From contig OX597816.1 in the NCBI GenBank assembly GCA_951406725.2, forward strand, positions 56,978,001 to 57,042,000: a stretch of DNA of 64,000 nt, in the 5' to 3' direction. Below are positions 26,580 to 39,936 of this stretch, piece after piece. A model generated the notes under the pieces. The model saw nothing but the letters and a program-made list of their open reading frames with translations. It made no database searches and was not told where the DNA came from. This DNA is from Octopus vulgaris. Taxonomy: Eukaryota. A program made the position numbers and the translations under genes. Numbering within the stretch: position 1 is the first letter of the stretch; the number at the start of each line of letters is the position of its first letter.

Positions 26580-27380
26580 GACTGTTATACCTATGTGTGT
26601 TGGGTCTATGTTGTCTTAATGCGGGTTCTCACGGGGTTCTAGCATAGTGCATGTGTGGTCTGTTGTGATTCTGATTGCTGTTGTGTCGTTGCGATGTGAT
26701 TGAAATATATGTTGTTTGAACCTAGTATTAGGGATGTATTTTATTTGATGGGAGAAGCTGCTGGCAGCGAGCACTTGGTTGTAATATGGTGCATGGTTAT
26801 TGAATACTTCCTTAGTGGAAGAGAGCTCAGATATACGGATCAAGATATCCTTGACTATGTTATCAAAAGTGGATTTGTGGTGATTGAAATGAATGCTTAT
26901 GTAGTTAAGGTATTGGCTAGGTTTGTGATAAGGGAAGTACTGGGAGGTTTGTAAGTTTAAAGTTACGTCTAAAAGTTAGTAGTTTAGTGGAAATTTTAGG
27001 CTAGAAATATTCGTGTAGATCTTTTCTAGCTCGTTCTAAAGAAGATTTATTTATGCTCTTGGTAACTAGCAAGGCGTCATCTCAGTAGAGGTCTCCCTTG
27101 AGGTTAGGGAAATGTGTTTGGAGCTGGTGGAGTATGTATAGTACAACGAGGTCGGTGACCTGGGCCGAGTCGGATGATCTCATGGTAATGTCAAATATAT
27201 TGCTATTGTTATTGGTATTGTTATGGTGTTGGCCCGGCACCAAAGTTTGTCCTCAAAAGAAATAAGGGTTTTACGGGCATTAAGGATTATGTTAATTTCT
27301 AGTGGAGAAAGGTGAGTTAGATTCCTAGCTAGAAGAAGAGCTTCCTTAATATGTTTGGGAGAAGAGTAGTAATTATTCTA
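26580..27380 (-). pseudogene. Penelope-like reverse transcriptase relic
   Basis: EALLLARN..EINIILNARKTL, FDITMRSSDSAQVTDLV (FDVTMGS.DGAE-like), DLY*DDAL (GLYRDDGL-like), LDVTLNL..YFPYHKP, RISELSSTKEVF. Confidence 0.8.
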
Positions 27381-27460
27381 TTTCTCCCAAACTTCTTCAT
27401 CAAGCTCTCTTTCTAGCTAGGAATCTAGCTAGCCTTACTCCGCTAGAAATTAACATAGGC

Positions 27461-27579
<119 letters not shown>

Positions 27580-29214
27580 TGCATATATATATACACACAA
27601 AAGGCGCACATACATACATACATACATACATACATACATACATACATACATACATACATACATACATACATACATACATACATACATGTATGCATCTAGA
27701 AGATTCTAGATGTTCCTGCTTCAAATGTTATTCTAGAGAAGACAGGAAAAACATGATGTCTGTAAAATGCTTTCACATCTTGAAACCTCTCTCTACAAAC
27801 TCTTATATCAGGAATTTAGAGATCAGCAGGTCATGTTCATAATTATGTAACTGTCGTCTGAAAAGGCTTCGATACTTAAAGAACATTTCCCTTGGGATCT
27901 TTAATGAATGCCTAGTTTGCACGTTTTCCTTCTGTACCAAACCGGTCATCTGGAAACAGTTAAAGCCACGATGGAACAACAGTCTAAAATTTGCTGATAC
28001 CAAAACGTAAAACAACATTGAACTCCAGGATATAAAGCAAAAACAACAAACCCTAAAAGTAAAAAAACAGTGAGCAGTGTAGGAAGCGCTGCAGTATGAG
28101 CTTAATATGATTGTAACCAATGCAAAAAGCGACTATCTAAACACAGTGTTTGTTAATGATGTGAGCCGTGATGGCTAAAACGTCCAAATATATGATAATT
28201 ATTTGAATGTCTTGTTAGAGAGAACAGTAAGAATGTAAAGTACAGACGCTATAGTCACATCGTATCGTATGTGACAATTTACCTGGAAGGAATATGAATT
28301 AGGAAGTAGTCGTAAATGATCCTTTAATATTCAAGTGAGGCGAGAGGAAATTTAAAATTGTAGAATGTAGGTAGGGTGTTCGAAAATGTAAAGTTTGGTT
28401 ATTGTGAGAAATAGAGATTGTAATTTTGGTAAAGGGTAAGACAGTCTTTGTAAAATCATGGAAAAGGCATAGAACTCCGTGAGGTATGAAGGTCTTGTGC
28501 GGAGGAGAACTGATACAAATGGAATGAACATTTTAATGGGGAAAATATCTTGAAGTTTTATTCAGATAAGAGAGAGGAATAAATTTTGGTAGATGAAATA
28601 ATGGAGTCATATCATTGTTGGCGTGTGGTTTAATGTAAGTTTTAATTTTATATCAATTAGCTAAATAAATAATCAAATAAATGCAGCGACTGTTATAAAT
28701 GTTGTTGCAGTTGTTTATCGTTAGATCAGTTCTGATTGAGCGGGTCTATAATCAGAGGCAATCTATCCGTGACCAACTCGCCTTTTTTATATGATTATAC
28801 GCTGTCTAATATGTCTTCCAACTTTTTTAAACATTGGCCGCCATTTCTTGCCAGCTGAGCCACCACCTAACGACTGATTTAAAAGTGGTCATCGTTGTTG
28901 AACAACAGACCCATCCTCTGCCGTGGGGCCTATGACCAGACGCATTTCAGTTATGCTTATGCTCCGTCTTCCTTTCAGATATACGTGTACCTAAGACTAT
29001 ATTATTCAATGGGCAATTCTTTTATGACATTAGCGAATAATTTTTATAATACTCCACATTTGCATATATTCATAGGTTCAAGATAATGAAGCCGAATAGA
29101 AGAAATACTTATAAAAACATAGTCCACAACCTTTACTTCCGCAAAAGATGAAAGTTAAACTTTCCAAATAGCAATCAAATAGCCTCAAGGAAAATTAACT
29201 CCAAGTGAGAAATC

Positions 29215-29715
29215 AGCTGACCAACTACAATTTCTCTCCATGAATATTCTTTTGTGAACCTTAAAGCACAAGTTAAACAACTTTCTATGTTTAAAATTCC
29301 ATGATCTAAAACTGACACATCTAATCTTATTGTTCTACATGATTAACTGAACTCTGAACAATAGCCTATACCTTCCAAAACGAACAAGATAAATCTCTTA
29401 AAAAACACCACCAACAAGCAAACAAATCTATTGACCAACCAAACCTTCCACCTCTTTACATTCTTTTGTGATTCATGACCTAAAGCTGATGTACCTAAAT
29501 ACACGCACTTAATTATAAAGTTTCACATACTGGAGCAATATCTTCCACATTTCCAAAACAAACATTGAACACTTCCATTTGTGTTCAAATGAAATCAACA
29601 ACGACGGAAACTAGTGAGACATATGCTGACCAACTAACCCTTTCACCTACCTACATTTAGTTGTGAACCTCTAAAAACAATCCCCAGACCTGAAGCTGAC
29701 ACACCTATATAGACA
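29215..29715. repeat. Degenerate tandem repeat, about 205-bp period, three units
   Basis: tgaccaac...ttgtga...acctaaagctga-like blocks at about 29216, 29430 and 29625. Confidence 0.5.
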
Positions 29716-30397
29716 CGGTTGATTACAAAGATCTTCGTGAAAGAACAATAAAATAATAACTCAATCAGTAAAGATCTTCCATGATATCTTTCCATCAGAA
29801 CCTACCTTACAACCTAATTATTATTCAACAGAGTTCCAATTATTTCAGAAAAATTAAACTTACCATTGACTATAGTAATTAATTACAAGGTTGTGTAGCT
29901 CGGAGTCTCTCTCATTGATAACACTTCCAGTCTAATCTAAAATGAGTTTACACAGAGTTAACAATAGCAGAAAAGACACCTTAAGAGGTCCTTGCTAATG
30001 TAGTTGTTTTAATCACCTGACAACCCGATGAAAGGCATTCCAGCCGTAACCATCCTTATAGATTTATAAGTCGTATAAAATATATGTATAGCACAGGAAA
30101 CAAATTACTTTTATGCATCGCTGTTGTTTTTATTACTGTTATTGAGGTGTTTCGCCCTACGTCAGATCAACGACCAAAAGCATTTCACCTGTAACCATAC
30201 CTTTTCAGCGTAGCCTTTTTTTTTATTTAAGGTAGTCAAGTGTGATTTCAGACATATTTAGCCGCTGTTTCTAGAATGTCAAACGACTGCATGGCACTCC
30301 CCTCTATGCGTAATACTGATCGGTGTGAGACGAGAGATATATCGTGTATTTGCGTAATTTCACACATAGTCGAAATTATACAAACATTTCTGTGGGT

Positions 30398-30493
<96 letters not shown>

Positions 30494-31177
30494 GTGAATA
30501 TTGCAAACAGGAGAAATATATAAAATATATATATACAAATAAATGTAAAAAAATATGTATAATACTATATAAAAATCGTATAAACATACATATAAATATA
30601 TACACAAACAGAGTATAAAAAATATGTATAATGATATACACAAAAGTAAAAAAATATATATAATGATACGCACAAAATATATATATTAATGTAGAATGAT
30701 ATACACAAAAATATAAAAATATATACTAAGATACGCACAAATTTTAATGTATATGAGTGTTAGGTGTGTTTGTGTGTATATGTGTAACTCTGTATATGTG
30801 TATGTGCGTATATAATCCGATTTAAGTGAGCCTAGATTTTCTTTTTATAACAGATAAGTGGAAAACTGTATACATACACGCAACAAGTGCTTTTAATTAA
30901 AATTACCAAAGTCGGAATATGTCGTTTGGAAAAAGAATCAAGAAAGAGAATGAAGTGATAAGAGCACAGTGTGTTTGTTAAGGATCTGAATGGAAGTTGT
31001 GTCTCGGTTTTGTGTTTAAACAGTTGACAATAATTAGAGAGAGAGACACATGGTTACTTCCTGCTTCTGTAATGGTATTGTGTAGGGCGGCCATAACAGG
31101 CATACAGATAAAGATACACACAGATACACACACACACGCGCAGACACTCACACACGTGGAGACATACTCTGGTACAT

Positions 31178-31179
<2 letters not shown>

Positions 31180-31226
<47 letters not shown>

Positions 31227-31232
31227 ACAGAC

Positions 31233-31299
<67 letters not shown>

Positions 31300-31369
31300 C
31301 AGACAGATAGATAGATAGATAGATAGATAGATGGATGGATGGATGGATGGATGGATGGATGGATGGATG

Positions 31370-31420
<51 letters not shown>

Positions 31421-31429
31421 GGATGGATG

Positions 31430-31475
<46 letters not shown>

Positions 31476-31690
31476 CTTCTATATATACATATGCATATAA
31501 GAATTTATGTGTGTGTATGTGCGTGTGTGTGTATGTATGTATGTATGTATGTATGTATGTATGTATGTATGTATGTATGTATGTATGTATGTATGTATGT
31601 ACGTGCGTACGTACGTATGTATGTATGTATGTATGTATGTATGTATGTATGTATGTATGTATGTATGTATGTATGTATGTATGTATGCAT
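31180..31690. repeat. Compound (TA)n/(GATA)n/(GATG)n/(TATG)n microsatellite
   Basis: Direct reading. Confidence 0.95.
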
Positions 31691-32007
31691 AAACAGTTGC
31701 TAACACTTTCAAAAAATATTTGGAAGCGGAAGCATTTCGGATTACGGATTTTGTTCGGATTCCAAAATGATTTCATCCAGGTTGGGGATGAAATCTAAGT
31801 CCAAACACATGTCTACTGCGAAGATAGTTTCATATAAATTTGGCACTTCTCAATTTTCGGACGACATGAAACAGAGTTGCACTTTGGAAACGTTTTCCAA
31901 CAAACTAAACTCGCCATTTAACCCTTTCGCATCAGCTTGTCAACTTCTTTACAACTGATATATGCGCCTTTTACTTTTTACTCTTTAATCTTATGCCTAT
32001 TTGCAAT

Positions 32008-32350
32008 AGGCGCAGGAATGGTTGTGTGGTAACTTTGCTTACGAACCACATGGTGCCGGGTTCAGTTCCTCTGCGTGGCACATTGGGCAACTGTCTTCTA
32101 TTATAGCCTCGGGCTGACCAAAGCCTTAGTGGATTTAGTAGACTGAAACTGAAAGAAGCCCATTGTGTGTGTGTGTGTGTGAGTCTGTGTTTGTCTGTCC
32201 CTGTCTATTTGTCCTCCAAACAGACCGGTAGAATAAGGAGTAGGCTTAAAAACAATAAGTACTGGGATTGATTCATTCGACCAAAATTTCCTCAAGGCGG
32301 TGCCCCAGCATGGTCGCAGTCTAATGACTAAGAAAAGTAAAAGATAGAAG
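32008..32350 (+). mobile_element. SINE family A
   Basis: aggcgcaggaatggttgtgtggtaa head through ggcggtgccccagcatggtcgcagtc tail. Confidence 0.85.
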
Positions 32351-34225
32351 GCAAAATGTAATATTATTTCTTTAAATAGAAGGGATTTAAAAGCATGGCG
32401 ACGGATAATGTACCATTCTTTAAATAAAATGCAGGTGGTTTTTAAACTATTTAAACCTGTTCAACACCAAGATGGAGAAAAAATCATGCATGAACGCACA
32501 GACTAAGATTACCCGCCCTTCCCTTCCATTGATCAGTTGAAGTTTAGACACGTGACAACTAGCTGGTGCTGACTGCTGGAGCATACCAGCGAGTATTTAA
32601 AGGAAAATTTGGCAGGATGGTCAGTCACCCGCTGACACTCGTTGACGCTGCATCGAAGAGGCCAGGGAACTGTATAAAGAGAAAGAAGAAATGTACTCAA
32701 CACCAGAGCTGAAGACTCCTCCGAAAGGTGGGGAACCGCCAAGTCGAAAACGATGATGATGTCTTTAACCACTGGATCCTATAAATGAGCTGTTGAGGTA
32801 GCAAACCACGAAGCGTTGTTGGAATTCTTTCAGGGAATAAAAAGTGAGACCATATCCATGGCTCAAACCAACGTCGACAGTAACTTAGAAATTGGCAGTA
32901 CCTTAAACGTCGCTCTATTCCTTCGTGCCAGAGTCTAAGATGTGATGATCTGACAAGTACATGTACACCTATCCCAGAAAAAAAAAATGAAACAGTTATA
33001 GGTCTTTAGGATGGCCGAGTTGGTTCATCTGGTCCGGAAAATAATCAACCACAGCCTCCGCAAACGATGGAGGCCATCGCCCAAGCAACTCGAGGTATAA
33101 ATGTTTATGTAAGAAAGAGAAAAAGGAAATTATTTCCGTTCAGACCCGCAAGAACCGTGTGATCAAGAGACACACAACAACATATGAGATTAGAGTCCAA
33201 CTAATTACGTAGAAGAGTAGAGGTGTTTGGACACCTTACATAAAAGGGTAGAGGAGTCGAGTGTCTCACTTAGTAAAAGAATAACTTACTGTTTTATGTA
33301 TAAAACACTTTAGAAGAGAAAAGAGAAATGTTGTTAAACTAAGATAGTAGGGGGGCGGGCAAAAACCTAGTGACCTTACATAGAAGGAAAAAATGCACAT
33401 ACCTTATGGAAAGAGTGAGGTAAGTGTTGTTATTAAGACACAGAAATTAGAGGGTTGTTGCTTACCTAACGTCACAAACAGAATTCTGGGAACCAAACTA
33501 AACTTAAATGACATTTTTCTTGCAAAGTATGTCCCTGTCTGAAACATCTGAACACTCCCTGTGTCACACACACGTTTATTTACGATACAAATTTCATTGA
33601 GTGTTTTTTGCCGCTTTTGTTATTTATTTTTCTAGTTTTTTGTTATTTCTCTTCGAAATTATACATTCTTTTTGGGTGAAAGTCAGGACAAAATGGTTCG
33701 TGTGGTCTCCTTTCATATCAAGCATGACCACGTCATATTTAGATAAGAACTAAACTTCAAATAAAAAGTATTTGTTTCTGTTATGTTTTGGAATGTTTTC
33801 CGAATTGAGGTGATGTCCTATGTCTGTGGTCGCCATCAACCACTGCTCCTTACATTTTATGGTCGGCAGAACTACATCGAGAAGTAATCAAAGTGTTTAA
33901 ATAATATCAATATTGGAAGTAAGACATTGCCAATTCCTACCATCTGCTTTTTACATTTCCTTTCTTTTCTAAAATGCTTCTTTTTCTGGTAACAGTTGTT
34001 TGTGATGTTGCTTTTAACAGAAAAAAAAAAAAACAAAACAAAAAGCCCACAAAACAGACGATTATTGAAAATAAAGAAAATAGAAATATAAATGTATGTA
34101 TCTTTCCTCCCTTCTACTCCTTTATTTAGTTCTGTCTATCTAAATACATACACACACACTCAAAACATGAACTTATATATGTGTGTGTATTTGAGCGTAC
34201 GTGCAAATATGTATGCGTGTATGCA

Positions 34226-34291
<66 letters not shown>

Positions 34292-34681
34292 TGTGTGTAC
34301 ACAGTATGTTTGTTTTGTCTGTAACCTACCCAGCCCTTTTTCCCTGCTATAGTTTGCTAAGTCAGAAGGTGTTAAAACTGTCACAGACATTCGATTCAGC
34401 GTCATGGCGGTTACGAGGTGTGAGATCAGGCAAGAAAAACCTATATTGCCAAACAAACAAAGACGCCGAGTTTATTCTTGTAACGATACACACACACACA
34501 CACAGACAGACACACACACACACAGACACCAAAAAACATGCGACATATACGCATACGTGAATTGTGTTCATAAACGGATAGTTCATAACCGCATATTCAC
34601 TCGTAAAGAAATTACTCCCCATTCACTCTACCACCCATGCTCTTTCTCTCTAGCTCTCTCCCTCTCTCACTCTCTCTCATT

Positions 34682-34728
<47 letters not shown>

Positions 34729-34729
34729 T

Positions 34730-34931
34730 CTTTTATACTTTTACTTCTTTCAGGCATTTGACTGTGGCCATGCTGGAGCACCACCTTTAGTTGAACGAAT
34801 CAACCCCAGGACTTATTCTTTGTAAGCCTGGTACTTATTCTATTGGTTGCTTTTGCCGAATAGTTAAGTTGCGGGCACGTAAGTACACCAACATATGTTG
34901 TCAAGCGATGGTGGGGTGACAAACACAGACA

Positions 34932-35030
<99 letters not shown>

Positions 35031-35289
35031 CACACATATATATATATACGATTCTTTCAGTTTCCTTCTTTGTTCGGCCAGAGGTTATAGAAGACATTTG
35101 CCCAAGGTTCCACACATTGGGATTGAATCCGGAACCATGTGGTTGGGAAGCATGCTTCTTACCACACAGCCACATCTGCGCCTATATATCTGCGTGGCAC
35201 CTTGGGCAAGCGTCTTCTACTATAGCCTCGGACCGACCAAAGACTTGTGAGTGGATTTGGTAGACGGAAACTGAAAGAAGCCCGGCGTA

Positions 35290-35330
<41 letters not shown>

Positions 35331-35543
35331 TTGTGTGTCTGTTTGTCCTCCCAGCATCGCTTGACAACCGATGCTGGTGTGTCTACGTCCCCGTAACTTA
35401 GCGGTTCGGCAAAAGAGAACCGATAGACTAAGTACTAGGCTTACAAAGAATGAGTCCTGGGGTCGATTTGCTCGACTAAAGGCGGTGCTCCAGGATGGCC
35501 GCAGTCAAATGACTGAAACAAGTAAAAAAGAGAAAAAGAGAAA

Positions 35544-35603
<60 letters not shown>

Positions 35604-35665
35604 TATTTTACTATTTTTGTTGTTTCAGTCATTTGACTGCGGCCATGCTGGAGCACCGCCGTTGA
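34730..35665. mobile_element. Cluster of SINE A copies: minus 34730-35182, plus 35190-35545, minus tail 35605-35662
   Basis: Head-to-head copies that form a long imperfect inverted repeat. Confidence 0.9.
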
Positions 35666-35666
35666 T

Positions 35667-35706
<40 letters not shown>

Positions 35707-35934
35707 CATTGGTTTCTATTTTAAATATTTTCCAGTTTGTTTTGCAAAATTGAAGCCAGTCAATAATATCGAGGCAAAACTGTTTTGTTTAAATCGAGAT
35801 ACCTCTTGGTGTTTGAAATTACCACGGTTGCTTAATGTATGTGGCTGTATTGTGTGTACGTGTGTATGCGTATTCATATGTAAATATGATTATTTGCATA
35901 AGTTTGCCCTGAAATTCAAATAGAAGACCCTTGA

Positions 35935-36200
35935 GATGGTTTATAAATTTTCACTGTTCCTGTGATCGACTGTATCTGGGGATTGCGAATCGGTCTGTTT
36001 TGTTCGTTTTAGGAGAAGCCAAGCGTTTCTAGATTTTTATGTCGATCTGTTTTTACGGAGCGCAGTGCACCTATGAAATTAGAAACAAATGAAGAAATGA
36101 AACCCGCAAATAAGAGCTGTAAGTTTCTTATCAGTTCTCTGTTGATGTTCGTTTCTCCTATTTGGAAGAGAAATTCACATCTGCTCGGTAACTGCCTTAT
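35935..36200 (-). pseudogene. Diverged R4/Dong-like RLE C-terminal fragment
   Basis: ELIRNLQLL..IGAL..NLETLGFS..IQSITGTVKI parallels the ORF at 60996-61286. Confidence 0.7.
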
Positions 36201-36263
36201 ATTGCGAGGGAATATTCTATGTTATCGACTGGGGGACGAAATCGGGCACGTCTTCTCAGAGGA

Positions 36264-36308
<45 letters not shown>

Positions 36309-37173
36309 TGTGTATGTGTGTGTGTGTATGTGTGTGTGTATGTGTGTTTACTTGTACGGATGCGTGTACTGAGGTGCGCACGTGTGTGTGTGGTTTGTGC
36401 AGGAGGATGCGGGGGGGGGTTGTATGTCTGAGTGACGACGAAGTGACCGAGAGAAGATCAAGCAAAATTTTTTTTTTAAATAATAGAAACAAAAAACAAT
36501 AAAGTAAAACCTGCAAAAGAAAGGCAAAATTGTTGAGAGAAGACAGTCTTATGGCCATTAGAGCAACTGTGCTGCCACAGAGGCAGTTTGTTTCTGTCAA
36601 CCTGTCCGTTTAGCGGTCTGTCAGCTTTTCGGTCTTTCTCTGACATTGCCGCCATTTTTAGAAGCGAGCTCTTGCTATTTTTCTGTGTTGTGGCTGTTAC
36701 TGTTGTTGCTGATTATGTTTGTTGTTGTTGTGCTATAGTGTTGGTTGAATTATTATTGTTAAAGAGGTGAGAGAATGTGTGTGAGTGTGTGGGAGGGCGG
36801 TTTAAAGGAAATAACGACAATGCGAAGAAAGAAAAAAGAACAAACAATAATCAGACAAGGACAACATGGAGGAAATATAAGAAGAAAAAAGGAGAGCAAA
36901 GAAAAAAAAGAAAAGGAGGAATGAAGGGACACCAAAAAAAAAAAAAAGAAAGGAAAGAGATAAAGAATGAAAAAACAAAACAAATGAAGGACTTTATGAA
37001 AGATAGAGAAGAAAGAATGAAAGCGAGATGAATAAATAACTAGACGAGAAATAAGTTACGTAGTTAACAAAAGGAAAATACATAAGGACGAAAGACATTT
37101 TAAAGAGGTAAAAAAAATGAAAGAAATCTGTAAGAAGGAGAATAAGAGAGACAATGTAGAAAGATAGATAGAT

Positions 37174-37205
<32 letters not shown>

Positions 37206-37281
37206 TGGGGGGGGGTATAAAATTTAGATGAGCGAAATAAGTTAAGCGAGTAAAGAAGATATATACTACATATGATCTCAC

Positions 37282-37423
37282 CCGGCGAAGTCATATCCTT
37301 AGCATAGCTAGGACCGATCCGAAAGATGGGATTTTCTCTTCAGGTCAAAAAATATCTCGGCCGCTAAAAGGGTCCATTGAGGTCCACAATGGAAGACCTA
37401 CTGCATCTGGGACGGAGTAGCTG
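37282..37423 (-). other. Candidate spliced exon (non-coding or 5' UTR)
   Basis: Polypyrimidine acceptor ttcctttctttgtttatag|cag and donor CGG|GTGAGA around unique GC-richer sequence; stops in all three frames. Confidence 0.3.
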
Positions 37424-37679
37424 CTATAAACAAAGAAAGGAATAATCGGTTGATTGCTACTCCGTCGCTAACAAACACATCCAACCCTTTCTCCACAAAC
37501 AGGCTGTGTCCTCTTTTTGTCTTTTCTACCAGAACTATAATAATAACCTTCTGTTCGTCGGAATTGATAAACGTCACAAATCCACCATTCAGGGACAGAG
37601 GTCTCATTTGTCTCTCCACGCCTCGTCACCTTTGACGCATTCATCCCCCACCCCGGAATCGGACTATAACGGTTTCTGT

Positions 37680-37860
37680 AATTTTGAGGGGAGGAGAGTG
37701 TATGACACTATAGTACCCAGTACTTATTTTATCGACTAAGGAGGGATAAAAGACAGAAACTGACCTTGGCAGGATTTGAACTCAGAATCTGAAGAACAGA
37801 AACGAATGACACGAAGCAATTTTTCCGACGCTCTCATGATCCTGCCATCTCGTCAGCCCT
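37680..37860 (-). mobile_element. Old SINE B copy
   Basis: cccagtacttattttatcgac...ggatttgaactcagaa. Confidence 0.7.
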
Positions 37861-38177
37861 TCATCAGGCTATCATAATGAATGAAGGCAGACGATAATAA
37901 AAATATTAACGAACAAAAGTAGCCAATAGAAACAACTTAAACATTTTTATTTTCTTAAGGTCTACCAGTGAGTGTAGACCTTAAGATTAGATTAGCTATT
38001 AATATGAGATATATAGTTACTGGGCAATTATCGTAATCTTCTTGTGAAAGATTATATACTTTTATCTTGCCATAGATTTATATATTATATACTAATTTAG
38101 TTTATGCTGACACTGACTTACGAGATTAAAACAGCAGAAATTAAAGTTAATTGAAAGTAAAAATTTAATCTTGTATA

Positions 38178-38470
38178 ATGTTGTTTGTTTGTTCCTTCTC
38201 GAACCATGCCTGTCTCTTAACGGCCGGTGTCCCGATTTCATTGGCGTATAGGTTCCCCACCTGGAGCGGACGCCGGTCCGTCACAGGTGAGCTGCTAGAT
38301 GCAGGAGGAAAGAGTGAGAGAAAGATGTGGCGAAAGAGTCAGCAGAAGTTCGCCATTGCCGTCTACCGGAGCCGCGTTGAGCTTAGGTGTTTCGCTCATA
38401 AACACTCGCATTGCCCGGTCTGAGATTCGAATCCACGATCCCTCGACCGCTACTCTAACCACTAGGCCAT
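38178..38470 (-). mobile_element. SINE family C-related copy
   Basis: tRNA-like head (aatggcctagtggttagag...gattcgaatc) and body shared with 40200-40320. Confidence 0.75.
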
Positions 38471-38520
38471 TGAAATTTTTAAAATATCTGATGAATACGA
38501 AATACGAATACGAAATACCA

Positions 38521-38750
38521 TTAACCCATTAAGTTCCAGATACTTAAATTTCTGAATATTACTTTTAAATTTTTACAGATGATTGAAAATAGGTTTAAAT
38601 GAAAAAAATTATTATTAAAACTCCTTTACTTCAAGTAGAAATGGAAATACTCGGTCTCCTATAAATAGGACACTGAGACAATGTGATATAGCTTATTTAA
38701 TGTTGTCATTTAGTGTCCTATTTATAGGACAGTGGGACTTAAAGGATTAA
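38521..38750. mobile_element. piggyBac-like MITE
   Basis: TTAA-cccattaagt ... acttaaagga-TTAA ends; internal inverted cctataaataggacact/agtgtcctatttatagg. Confidence 0.5.
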
Positions 38751-38764
38751 GATGATCTTTGACA

Positions 38765-39095
38765 AAACTCTCTCCATTTGTATTTGGTGTTTTAAAAATC
38801 TGTTCATATTTGGTACTCTACAAACTGAAATGTTATAACACTCATTTTCTTTATGAATGGTATTGCGAAGCTTACTACTCACTGCATTTATATTTGGTAC
38901 TTTAAATATCAATGTGTTTTAATACTTCTCTCATTTATATTTGGTGTCCTAATAAACCGAGGAGTAGCACTCACTCCACGTATATTTTGCTATTCGTAAT
39001 ACCTAAATGTTAAATCAATTATTGCACGTAAATGCGGTATTGTGAAAACCGAGATATTTCAAGAGTCGCTCAATTTATATTTGCTGTTTTTACAT
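38765..39095. repeat. Degenerate minisatellite, period about 47 bp
   Basis: Recurring catttatatttggt-like unit. Confidence 0.6.
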
Positions 39096-39936
39096 CCGAT
39101 ATTTTTGTGCAAAAATAGCACAAAAATAACGAATAATAACAATGGTAATTTAACAACAATAACAGCAACACAAGCATTACTTCTTTGCGCCTTAAAATGA
39201 CTCCAAGATAAACAATTTTACCACGGCACAATATGAAAAGGAAATGATAATCTTTTGTGGCCGCTGATGTGATCGCTGCTAAAGTTTATCAATGGGAAAT
39301 AGGCACGTAATTATCAAAGATCGTCTTCATTAAATCCAAATCAGGGCGGCAATAAACAAATTCCATCTCCACCTTCTCACCACTCACAAACGTTTGCCTC
39401 TCTTCGGCGTTCACATTGCCCCCAGGGGACGCTACCATCTAGATTGAGAAACCCTAATTTAAAGGTTTTGGCAAATCTCAATCGCAATATCCGGTCCTCT
39501 GCCTCACTCTTTTACAAAATTCGGAAAATAAGAAACGTGGGAAACTGAACAATTTGTTTTGTTTTATTTTCTGCTCTTCCACCCGACACAACAGTTCTTT
39601 CTTGCCATATGGTTTTTAAATGTTCTAATTATTTTCATACCTTTACACTGTCGAAACCGATCCTGTTCAGGTGTTGATTTACCATTTTTAATCATATTTG
39701 ACATTTGATCTTATGTCAGCTAAGAAAATTCCTTAAAAGACACAATGTAGGCTAAAACTAAGCTAAACTTTGAAACAAAACGTGTCTAAAATTTGGTTTA
39801 GGCAAATATAAACGATACTTGAATGTATTAAAGAAGATAAATGTAACTGAACCAAAGGAGTGAGTAAAGACTACCAAACAACGAAAGGGTTAATAAAAGA
39901 CCGTTTTATCAAACGAAAGGATTAGACAACTGTTGT

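Noticed and set aside
24753-27380. RT relic and GIY-YIG belonging to one PLE copy
   Set aside because: They are separated by the inverted arm and (TA)n. The RT is decayed while the GIY-YIG and arms look young, so they are probably separate insertions.
32540-33250. GC-richer block that could be an exon or LINE ORF1
   Set aside because: No recognisable motif or sustained reading frame; left unannotated.
36013-36267. Apparent plus-strand exon or ORF with good-looking splice sites
   Set aside because: The minus strand encodes a diverged R4/Dong RLE C-terminus, which explains the sequence.
38765-39095. CRISPR-like repeat-spacer array
   Set aside because: Repeats are degenerate and irregular, the context is eukaryotic, and no cas genes are present.
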